Below are positions 37,693-48,439 of a DNA stretch of 64,000 nucleotides, piece after piece (within the stretch, counting starts at the first letter, position 1; each line of letters starts with the position of its first letter). A program made the position numbers and the translations under genes. This stretch comes from Octopus vulgaris (Eukaryota). The stretch spans positions 5,270,001-5,334,000 of the forward strand of contig OX597834.1 of the NCBI GenBank assembly GCA_951406725.2. The letters run 5' to 3'. Below the pieces are notes generated by a model that did no database searches, was not told where the DNA came from, and saw only the letters and a program-made list of their open reading frames with translations.

Positions 37693-38087
37693 GGATCTTT
37701 TCGGTTTGAACGGCAGTTTTTTCTAGCGGTGTCATATGAAATTGTCACCCATAATTATGACCCTAGAATCGATCCATTGCATTTCAATCTGTTTTAGGGT
37801 TAGAGTTAGGAGTGGGGGAAGGGTATCTTTTTTTCTTCACAAATGTAAATAAACCCAAACTGTTTCTTAAACTAGGGACATATTCATACGGCACAGAATG
37901 CTTTTTAACTCAATAGACGTCATTGATTGGTTGAAAACCAACAAATATCTTACAAACTATAGAATGTTCTCAATAAAACCAAGAGAAAAAGATGTTTTAT
38001 AAACACATTCTACCAGTATACGAAGTTTAAAATTTTTTAGTTACCCAGAGATTATGTTAAAAACTGCCGTTCAAACCGAAAAGAACC
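37693..38087 (-). mobile_element. TIR MITE family copy
   Basis: Reverse orientation of 35287-35686. 8-bp TSD AAAATGTC at 37685-37692 and 38088-38095. Confidence 0.88.
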
Positions 38088-38676
38088 AAAATGTCACTAG
38101 TTTAACAATACAAATTATAGACATGAAAGAGGAATTTGTCAAGGTACAAGGATACAAAAATATATATGCTGAGACATGTAGATCAGGGCTCGACAAACTG
38201 GGGTAAATTATCGCAAGTGGGGTAAAAATGAAATTCTTGGAGGGAAATGAGGATTCATTACACATAAATAAAATTAATTAGAAACGTGTTCCTGGTTATG
38301 ATAGAAATTTTTTGTTCTAGCAATCAGTGACAGTTAAAGAGTTGCTGCCTTTTGCTACATCCTACATTTTGCAAACAAGGATTTTCCACTCTAAAAAAGC
38401 AGAGTAATCGATTGGATCCCGAAGACAGTATCCAAATTGTTCTGACATCAAAATATATTCTAACCGTACAGTAACGTAGATGAAAGCTTTTTAAAAGCGT
38501 TCTGGAGCCGTAGCATCACTATGAAGACGTACAAAGATTAATAATAAAAAAAGTTAACTCGAAGTCAATGTGTAGTTATGAGTGAACGAATTTATGTATG
38601 GAAGAGAGATTAAACAAAAATGAAACGATATAATTTCTCTAAAGCCTGAACCGAAAAATTTCCAACAAAAATCTTT

Positions 38677-39080
38677 GGATCTTTTCCGTTTGAACGGCAG
38701 TTTTTTCTAGCGGTGTCATTTGAAATTGTCACCCATAATTATGACCCTAGAATCGATCTATTGCATCTCAATCTCTTTTAGAATTAAGGGTGGGAGAAGG
38801 GTATCTTTTTTCTTCACAAATATAAATAAACCCAATCTGTTTCTTAAGCGAGGGACATATTCATACAGCACAGAATGATTTTTACCCCAATAGACGTAAG
38901 TGATTGGTTGAAATTGCAGAAATTGAAGAAAAAAACAAATATCTTACATACTATAGAATTTTCTCAATAAAGCCAAGAGAAAAAGATGTTTTATAAACGT
39001 ATTCTACCAGTATACGAAGTTAAATATTTTTTAGTTACCTAGAAATTATGTTAAAAACTGCCGTTCAAACAAAAAGTTCC
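38677..39080 (-). mobile_element. TIR MITE family copy
   Basis: Same TIRs. Flanks AAATCTTT and AAATCCTT (8 bp, 1 mismatch). Confidence 0.85.
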
Positions 39081-39338
39081 AAATCCTTTTGTTTCATAAT
39101 AAGGATATTAATTATTGGCTAAACTGGCAAAATGACCATTCCTAAATACAACGATATTAATTTATTTCGTCGCATTTGTTTTATACTTTTTATATCTATA
39201 ATTGTATTCTCCATATAAATAGAGTCAACAAACCTTTTGAATTCAAAGAATCTATGATTTACTTCCTTTAAATATCAACGAGGTAACGTTGGCGTAAATA
39301 AATATATTTTGGGGTAATTGGTTAAAAAAAGATCCCCG

Positions 39339-39426
39339 ACCCTGATGAATCTAATTCCATTTTCATTGAACTTGTTATAAATTCGAGTCATCTGTAAAAC
39401 CCGAATTCCGTTTCCATTTTTAGACT
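39339..39426 (-). repeat. Fragment of the Helitron-like repeat at 43330-44797
   Basis: Reverse complement of about 43675-43762. Confidence 0.7.
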
Positions 39427-39477
39427 ACTTCTGTCACTTTTTAGCACTTTATTGAGTGCTTGAGTTCGAGCTGTTAG

Positions 39478-40576
39478 AGACGGGCGAAATGCTTAGCAGT
39501 ATTTCGTCTGCCGCTATGTTCTGAGTTAAAATTCCGCCGAGGTCAACTTTGCCTTTCATCCTTTCGGATGTCGATTAAATATACGCACTGGGTCGATATA
39601 ATCGACTTAATCCGTTTGTCTGTCCTTGTTTGTCCTCTCTGTGTTTAGCCCCTTGTGGGTAGTAAAGAAATACGTATTTCGTCTGCCTCTACGTTCTGAG
39701 TTCAAATTCTGCCAAGGTCGACTTTGCCTTTCATCCTTTCGGGGTCGATTAAATAAATACCAGTTACGCACTGGGGTCGATATAATCGACTTGACTCGTT
39801 TGTCTGTCCTTGTTTGTCCTCTCTGTGTTTAGCCCCTTGTGGGTAGTAAAGAAATAGGTATTTCGTCTGCCTCTACGTTCTGAGTTCAAATTCTGCCAAG
39901 GTCGACTTTGCCTTTCATCCTTTCGGGGTCGATTAAATAAATACCAGTTACGCACTGGGGTCGATATAATCGACTTGACTCGTTTGTCTGTCCTTGTTTG
40001 TCCTCTCTGTGTTTAGCCCCTTGTGGGTAGTAAAGAAATAGGTATTTCGTCTGCCTCTACGTTCTGAGTTCAAATTCTGCCAAGGTCGACTTTGCCTTTC
40101 ATCCTTTCGGGGTCGATTAAATAAATACCAGTTACGCACTGGGGTCGATATAATCGACTTGACTCGTTTGTCTGTCCTTGTTTGTCCTCTCTGTGTTTAG
40201 CCCCTTGTGGGTAGTAAAGAAATAGGTATTTCGTCTGCCTCTACGTTCTGAGTTCAAATTCCGCCGAGATCGACTTTGCCTTTCATCCTTTCGGTGTCGA
40301 TAAAATAAATACCAGTTACGCACTGGGGTCGATGTAATCGACTTAACCCGTTTGTCCGTTCTTGTTTGTCCTCTCTGTTTTTAGCACCTTGTGGGTAGTA
40401 AAGAAATAGGTGTTTCGTCTGTCTTTACGTTCTGAGTTCAAATTCCAGCGAGGTCGACTTTGCCTTTCCTCCTTTCGGGGTCGATAAATTAAGTACCTGT
40501 TTCGCACTGGGATCGATCTAATCGACTGGCCCCCTCCCCAAAGATTTCAAGCCTTGTGCCTAGAGCAGAAACGAAT
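39478..40576 (+). mobile_element. SINE family B tandem array, about 6 units, period 184 bp
   Basis: Near-identical units, with ORF-track repeats at 39764, 39948 and 40132. Same terminal tail as 37050-37112. Confidence 0.92.
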
Positions 40577-41119
40577 AGAGTTCATACACGCGAGCGAGTC
40601 CTGTATCATCACTTCCTTTCACACAAAAACAACTGATACTTCAAGCTTTACAAGATCTATATGCAGGTTTGTCCGGACGTCTTATTGCCACCCGTAAATA
40701 TCGTTTTCGTTTTCTATCATCAAGGAGCGACTTTCACAAGATCGATACCAGAATACCCACCACTTGAAGGACGCTGTTTCGGCAGCCTATGCAGAAATCA
40801 TCAAAGCACAGCTTCGTAAAATATCACACAGGACATGGCTCCGCATCATTTTGTGCCACGAAAATGACGCTGTTCATACAGACCTTCTCGTTGTGTGACA
40901 GAGTCAGTCTCAATGAAAGTGAATATACTAAAACCAGCACATGTGTTTGATATTATTATATTGTTCCTCTGCTGTTTAAGGATAACAATTAAGAAAAAAC
41001 AAAACGAAAGGCTAAAACGAAAGCAAAGGCTCAAAACAAAAACAAAACGAATAATTTTAGACACACGCGTAACAATTAAATTAATTTAACAATTAAGAAA
41101 AAAACAACAAAAGGCTAAA

Positions 41120-41312
41120 ATTTAGGGTTAGGGTTAGGGTTAGGGTTAGTGACAGAATGTTGTCTCAGCTTTAGACGCAGCAAATGATTTTAGCTCAATA
41201 GAGGGCATAGGATTGGTTAAAATTCGAAAAATTAAACTACGTTAAACTTACAAATTACAAATTTCTCAAGAAAGCCAAGAGAAAAAAATGTTTTATTTTG
41301 ACACATTCTACC
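41120..41312 (-). mobile_element. Diverged relative of the TIR MITE with interstitial (TTAGGG)n
   Basis: TTAGGG x4 at 41122-41149. CTCAATAG...GATTGGTT...AAAGCCAAGAGAAAAAA.ATGTTTTA...ACACATTCTACCA is shared with 37900-38015. Confidence 0.6.
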
Positions 41313-42040
41313 AATCTATCTATCTATCTATCTATATATTGTGTGTTTGTGTTTGCCCCTCACCTACTGCTTAATAAGCAGTGTTGGTTTATTTATGTCA
41401 CCATAAAGTAGCGGTTTGGCAAAAGACACCGATAGAATAAATAGCAAACTTTAAAAAGTAAATACATGCAGTGTCCCTGCATGGTAGCATCCCAATGGCT
41501 GAGGCAAGTAAAAGATAAATGAGAAAAGATGGCTTATTAACTGTTTTTACGATATATTTTAGTGTAATTTAGTTACTCAAAGTCCCATGTCTTCAGTACA
41601 GCGATAGCTGCTTAACTGCAATATCCTAAAACACACTATATACCTGGTGTTTGTAAACAGTTTTCAGTGCACACTGATTGCCTTGTAAATAAGTTTACAT
41701 CGTAGTCATGTAGTTTGAAATTTGATCCCATTATGTGTCAACATAAACAAGTGGGTTTGATCAATATAAATGAAATTTGATCATTGGGAAGAAACCCATC
41801 CTAGATATTTATGCATTGCATATGTGTGTGTCTCTGTGTTTATTCACCAGCGCAAACTGATGTAGAATTGTACTTCTTTATATCGAGTCCTCAACTTTTT
41901 GACTTGATAAATCGGGATTAATCATAACTTACAATCGACTAAATCTCAATTATTTTGTATTACTGCATAATTTATATTTCGTTTTTGGATTTGGTTTGCA
42001 AGATTCTTTATATGAGTTCGTGTGTTGAAGCATATTCTGT

Positions 42041-42250
42041 TGTGTCTGGCGAGAGTTATTTTCTTTTTGTGCCTTATAATTTAACACACTCACCGGTAAA
42101 ATTTCCACTAATTTCTTATTTTTATTTTCCTAAAATTTTCTTTGCGTCTTGCAACCTTTTAGAAAATAAAAATAAGAAATAAGTGAAACTTTTACCGGTG
42201 AGTGTGTTACATTATAAAGCACAAAAAGAAAATATCTCTCCCTAGACACA
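42041..42250. repeat. Fold-back (inverted repeat) element
   Basis: 42041-42136 and 42157-42250 are diverged reverse complements. The spacer contains TTGCGTCTTGCAA. Confidence 0.8.
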
Positions 42251-43329
42251 GCATAATTTAGAGTTCTAGATAAATTATGTCAGAAAAAGAAAACAACGAA
42301 AACGTTTTGATTCGAACACGTTTGGTCACATGTCTGTTCTCTAATAATTGACTTGTGGTTAAGAGCTAACATGCAGCTGCTTGACACCCTAGAAATACTA
42401 ATCTAACTAACTAATCATCACAAAGGATGCTTACATTAACTAGCGTAGTCTTAGAACAATATTCCTGAAAACAAGATAGAGAGGATCATGATTAGAATCC
42501 CTTTGATTATATATCTGTTCAATCAGAGCTGATCTGGACTTGAACAATGGCAATCACAATAATCTGTCCTCTTAAAATAAGCTATATTGATCTGTATTAG
42601 TACTTTAAAAGTAATCGTCTTATGATGTAGTAACCATAATCAGATCTTCTTTGAAATCATATCTCGATTGTTCACATCTAATACAATCAGGCAACGATGG
42701 ATTCTCCTAGAAATAATAGCCAAATCTCCTTCAAATCACGCTTTTATAAGATGAATATAAATTTTTGTTGTCTTTCAATAATGTAGTCCTACATATACAA
42801 AAGAATAGATTGTCATGGCTGGAATGACTTTGAACATATGTCTAATTCACGAGAGCTAGTTGTGGGCGGAACAACAATAAAAGCAAAAGCAACGGACAAT
42901 AAATTAAATGTTTAGATTGGAAATCAATGCTTCTCCTCTGCTGTCAGGTTTCTTCTTTTGAAACAAGGAATTCGCAATACTCTCATTTCCAAAAGTGAAC
43001 AAAAAAAGAAATACTAAAATACAATTTAATTGATTTTATTCATTTTAATTATCTTTTCTTTTTCTTTTTACTTGTTTCGGTAGAGTGCGGCCATGCTGCG
43101 GCACCGCCTTGAAGATTTTTAGTTAAACATATCGATCCCAGTACATTTTATTTTTATTTCTTTAAGCCTTGTACTTATTCTACCGATCTGTTTGGCCGAA
43201 CCGGTTGTCAAATGTTGGTGATGGGGACAAACACCGACATAAAGACATGCAGCCACGTATGTGCGCACACGCGTGCGCAATCACATAGTGATTAATAAAA
43301 CTATCTTCTTTCTCTCATTAAACAAATAT

Positions 43330-44797
43330 ATATATATATATACACACATAAATGTGTAATGGTGTATGTCTGTGTGTGTGTTTGGGGTTACTCTAACTCT
43401 TCCTACCCCGTCCAACTGATTTCAATTATTTTTGGCACATAGGTAGATCACATGACCTGAAGTTCAAATATGACCGGAATTTTTCGAAAACTCGATAATG
43501 CTCCGTTGGCGTCGAGTTTTGTGAGCTCAATCGGGCGTTTGAATGGAAATGCCCATAACGATGTTATTTTTCCGGTAGCTTTTGAATTTTTGTCCGAGTT
43601 TGACGAAAATCGATGAGTGAGCAAGGGTCACTGTCAATGAAAGCGAATATATTGAACCTTTTAAAATTTTTTTTAGTCTAAAAATGGAAACGGAATTCGT
43701 GTTTTACAGATGACTCGAATTTATAACCTGTTCAATAAAAATGGAATGAGATTCATCAGGGGGTCGAGCAGTGAATTGATGTCAGTATATGGCGTTGATA
43801 AAAAATCGATAATTGCACCAGAGCAGTGGTTGTATAAAAGCAATAGGCTTTTTGCGTGCAAATATCTATAGGGATTTTATTTTTGGCTGTAACTTTTATA
43901 TTTTTTATCCGATTTTAATAAAATTTGAGATGTAGGTAAATTTTGTGGTTGGAGAAATATTAAAGGTGTTTATTTAATTCAAAAGGGCTTGAAAAGCTCA
44001 CAAATGCATATAAGCATCTTCCTGAGAGATATTCTTAATGATTTTGTAGAAATTTTACATGTGATTACATTTGATGCCAGCATGAAGAGTCGAAAAAAAA
44101 TCGACAACTGCACGTGAGCAGGGGATTTTACGAAATCACTAGGCTTTTTGTACGCAATTACCCATAGGTTTAATATTTTATGCTGTAACCGTTACACAAT
44201 TCATCCGATTTTGATGGAATTTGACATTTAGGTCAATTTTATGGTCGGAGTCATGTAGTGGAATTAAAATTAAACTGGTGAAAAGCAGAAATCATCAAAA
44301 TTCACTCACAATGAAGTGTTTAATTTTACTCATGGGTAAAAGTAAGCACTTCCTTATATGAAATAATGACTCATGCATAAAATTAAGCATTTCGACATAT
44401 GAAACATTGATTATTCATATAATGTATTGAGATTTAAATGGAATATTTTCATGTAAATGGTCACATGGATTCTATTTTATGACATAACCTTTAATACTTT
44501 CCTTCGGATTTTGCTGCGATTGGATATGCTGATCAATTTTGGACAGATGATGGCATTAACGGGAGAGAGAAATATACAAACACCACTCGCAATGGGTCGA
44601 GGTACACCTAAAAGTTTGACAGCGATTTCAGGCGGTCCAGTATTTAGGAGCATGTCGAACACATTAACCGAGTAAAATCTCTGCCGAACCAGATATAACA
44701 TCATAATGGCACGGGGCAGAGATGATTTCAATACAAGGTCAGAGGTGGGCTTAAATTAAACTCAGAAAACACGGGCAACGTCGGGTCCAACAGCTAG
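43330..44797 (+). mobile_element. Non-autonomous Helitron (5' boundary uncertain)
   Basis: 3' end ACGGGCAACGTCGGG...CAG CTAG (44794-44797) followed by T, like 2524-2551. Internal diverged direct repeat about 43800-43955 and 44095-44250. Confidence 0.65.
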
Positions 44798-44962
44798 TAT
44801 ATATATTTTACAAAATTCTATCGGTCGGCTTTTCCCTATTTCAGTTCTTCGTGTTTTTCTCTGTAGCGAGTAAATAATATGTGGAAATTGACGATTTAAA
44901 AGTCTGTTAACAGCATATTGGCTTAGAAATAATTTTCTTTAGCTCGTATTTATAAGTTGTAT

Positions 44963-45044
<82 letters not shown>

Positions 45045-45091
45045 AAACAAGTCAAGATAGAAAATGCTAAGATAATTTTATAAAGAACATT

Positions 45092-45128
45092 CAGTACCGG
45101 TTTCGGTCATTTGAGACCTTTTCAACTG
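45092..45128 (-). ncRNA. Minimal hammerhead-ribozyme-like motif (U3-A8 core)
   Basis: Minus strand reads CAG TTGAAAA GGTC TCAAAT GACC GAAA CCGG TA CTG: stem I CAG/CTG, stem II GGTC/GACC, palindromic stem III ACCGGT, GUA triplet. Confidence 0.7.
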
Positions 45129-45267
45129 TAACTATTATATAATTGAATTTAGAAAAATTAAAAGAAAAGTTTTTAAAAGAATATTTGTATAGTGTTCAAA
45201 TACAACTGGCATTTTCCTTGTTTCTGCCTTTCTCTGTCTCTCTTGTTTACTCTTGTGCGTTCGAGGT

Positions 45268-45319
<52 letters not shown>

Positions 45320-45499
45320 TTCCAGCCATTTGAATGCAGCCATGCTGCAGCATCGCCTTTAGTCGAGCAAACTGACCGTAATAATTTCAGGTTTATAAAA
45401 CTTATAATTAAAGTATTTATTGTAAATAAAAGGTCCAATAAACCGGTACTGAAATGTTCTTTATAAAATTATCTTAGCATTTTCTATCTTGACTTGTTT

Positions 45500-45566
<67 letters not shown>

Positions 45567-45592
45567 GTGGGTGTGTGTGTGTGTGTGTTTGT

Positions 45593-45623
<31 letters not shown>

Positions 45624-46185
45624 ATCAAAATGCTGTTAACAGACTTTTAAATCGTCAATTTCCACATATTATAGAAAGAAATAAGTGTAATACTTCGGAA
45701 CCTATTATCTGGTCATAGTATAGAAAATTTGTAACGAAGGTTTTGGAGTCGATATTAAACTGTTAAAAATTAGATTTGAAGATGAGAGGGAACTTACTTA
45801 CGTCATCAGCTGCTAAACGTATATAATCATCTACAGAGTGGTATAAAAACATTTTTTTTTAGTTAATATCGAAAAATATTGTTTATATTATTAATATAAT
45901 TGTAGAGAAATTTATCATAGAAAACTAATGAGAGGTATGCGAGTTTGGAGTGGTGTAGGTGAGATTATAATTAATGGAAAAAATGGAGTCGTACATATAT
46001 TTTTGAAAAAGTAAAAGTAAATAGTTTGACATCAGATATACATAAATATGTACACTCAAATTTTTTATGTCTTACATACAATGATAGATAAGTTTATGCG
46101 TATACATACCGATACAGCCATATAAACATATGCACACCGTTTTCCTACATATAAAAGCTCACACAAATAAATACTTAGGTGTACA

Positions 46186-46242
<57 letters not shown>

Positions 46243-46248
<6 letters not shown>

Positions 46249-46573
46249 ATAAATATTAGGGAATAAATCCAAATTTACAGGGAAAAATCAGATTTAGGAT
46301 TGAATCCAATTTTATAGTAAAATATAATATAATATTAATTAGAGACAAAACCACTATTTTGCAAATTAAACAAAGAAAGACTTAATCCAATACATAAAAA
46401 ATTCAGTTTAAATCTTGCAAAGAAGGTCTTGAAACCACCTGATGAATGTCAATAGAAGTGACAAGAAACGATCGTAGTGGATATCTTAATTATATTTAAT
46501 TTATATAAATTTTTTTATGTATTGGATTAAGTCTTTCTTTATTTGATTTGCATAATAGTGGTTTTGTCTCTAA

Positions 46574-46581
<8 letters not shown>
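46243..46581. mobile_element. (TA)n-flanked fold-back island, putative Penelope-like terminal repeat
   Basis: Inverted arms 46331-46403 and 46508-46581 enclose a hammerhead motif. (TA)n lies on both sides. Confidence 0.7.
46435..46480 (+). ncRNA. Minimal type I hammerhead ribozyme motif
   Basis: CCAC CTGATGA A TGTCA ATAGAAG TGACA A GAAA CGATCG TA GTGG: canonical core, stems I and II, palindromic stem III ACGATCGT, GUA site. A-A mismatch at the base of stem II. Confidence 0.8.
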
Positions 46582-46612
<31 letters not shown>

Positions 46613-46909
46613 AACATATACAAACAACGATACTTATACGTACAGATACCTATACAGACCTTGACCTATGCACGAATACATCCATACATACTAATACCCT
46701 GCTATATACCTTTTATACATATAATACTCAAACATATGTACATTTATGCTCGTAAATTAATCTTTATATATCGGCCAAAAGGCATATATGCCCATATAAA
46801 TGTACATACATATATACATTATGGATATTATGAATTTTATGAAAGATCATTAAAATTTATTTATATTGTTAGTGGATAGTATAACTGGACATTTCGTTAC
46901 ATATTATAT

Positions 46910-46987
<78 letters not shown>

Positions 46988-47126
46988 ACATATACATGCA
47001 TATACATCTGCTTACTCAACATACATACATAAATATATGTATATACAAGAAGTGCACTCTCACAATTGGAAATATAAAGACGTTAAAGTGCATATGTATA
47101 GGTAATAACGTGCATGGATACATACC

Positions 47127-47181
<55 letters not shown>

Positions 47182-47372
47182 AAGCTACCGAGGGGTACTT
47201 TCTGATAACTCAGATATTCAGTTATGAATATCTCTGTCTTTCTGTACTTAACAAATTGCATAGTAGCATGAATAATAAAAACTATAATCCATTTTAACAT
47301 CTAATCTCCTCCATTTGCATGAATATGAATGAATTTCTTGAACTGTGTTTAATAAGTGAAGTCACATACTTA

Positions 47373-47406
<34 letters not shown>

Positions 47407-47431
47407 CTTATTTAAAAGCAGCAGAAAATTC

Positions 47432-47485
47432 AACAAAACCTGTTACTCTGAGTTTCACGTTCCCGTTTGTCGGACAGGTTTTGTT
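47432..47485 (-). ncRNA. Hammerhead-like motif (U4C core, G8 mutated)
   Basis: Minus strand reads AACAAAACCTGT CCGACAA ACG GGAA CGT GAAA CTC A GAG TA ACAGGTTTTGTT, with a perfect 12-bp stem I. Confidence 0.65.
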
Positions 47486-47494
47486 AGAAAAAAA

Positions 47495-47532
47495 CTGTCC
47501 GACGAACGGGAACGTGAAACTCACGGTAACAG
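47495..47532 (+). ncRNA. Hammerhead-like motif (U4C core)
   Basis: CTGT CCGACGA ACG GGAA CGT GAAA C TCACG GTA ACAG. Confidence 0.65.
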
Positions 47533-47726
47533 GTTTTTGTTGAATTTTCTGCTGCTTTTAAATAAGGCATATTACTCTACCCCTGGTATTTGAGTACTCT
47601 TTTTTCCACCTTGTATCACATTTATATGTTTACTCCGGTATATATATATATATATATATATATTGTGACCAGCGTTGTGTAAAACATCTGATGGTCTGCT
47701 CGGTCACGTGATCGTGGTCACGTGAA

Positions 47727-47766
<40 letters not shown>

Positions 47767-47779
47767 ATATACATATACA

Positions 47780-47940
47780 CATGACAGGCTTCTTTTCAGT
47801 TTCCGTCTTCCAATTCTACTCACAAAGCTTTGATCGGCCCAAAGCTATAGTAGAAGACACTTGCCAAACGTGCCACGCATTGGGATTGAACCCAGAACCA
47901 TGTGAATGGGAAGCAAATGTTTTACCACACAGCCACACCT
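47780..47940 (-). mobile_element. SINE family A, 5' half, diverged
   Basis: CTATAGTAGAAGACACTTGCC...GAACCATGTG...ACCACACAGCCAC. Confidence 0.75.
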
Positions 47941-48439
47941 TCATCAATTCTCGAATATTTTTTGAAAAGCCAGTTGTTTATATTTTTTAACCCAGATTAT
48001 CACTAAACAAATAATACTTGTGATCAAACATCTATGACCACCCTTCCTTATTTCGTATGTCAGGAATTACAATGTACAATATATCTTTATTTAGGATGGT
48101 AGATTGTGTAACTCCACATAATGTGTCATAAGTCTAAGATACTAACAAAATTCCCCTCAAATCAAACCTTGCCCTCAATCAAAGAGAATAACATATTAGA
48201 TAATATAGTCCTGAATACATCATTTAGAAATACCATGGGGTGTTCTTTCATTCTTTAAGTTTAAACTGCCATGGCTGAAAAAGTGCCGGTCATATTTCTG
48301 TTTACTCAGAGAAAACCCGTGGCCAGGTACCAAGAAGAAGAGATATATGCTTTTTGCGAGGACTATGAATGTTAGACGCCTGATATAGCAGCAGAATTAT
48401 AAGCATTCTTCTTCGTCTTGAAGCAGCACAAAAGGATGC

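Larger units (their letters stand above)
47407..47640. mobile_element. (TA)n-flanked fold-back island with two inverted hammerhead-like motifs
   Basis: Arms 47407-47478 and 47495-47566 are inverted. A unique tail runs to 47640. Same family as 1-130. Confidence 0.75.

Noticed and set aside
39764-40323. Three repeated 63-aa ORFs; CRISPR-like or retrozyme-like array
   Set aside because: Antisense translation of tandem SINE units. There are no unique spacers or cas genes, and I found no hammerhead core on either strand of the unit.
41122-41149. Telomere or chromosome-fusion scar
   Set aside because: Only about four units, embedded in a relative of the MITE family that carries CCCTAA internally.
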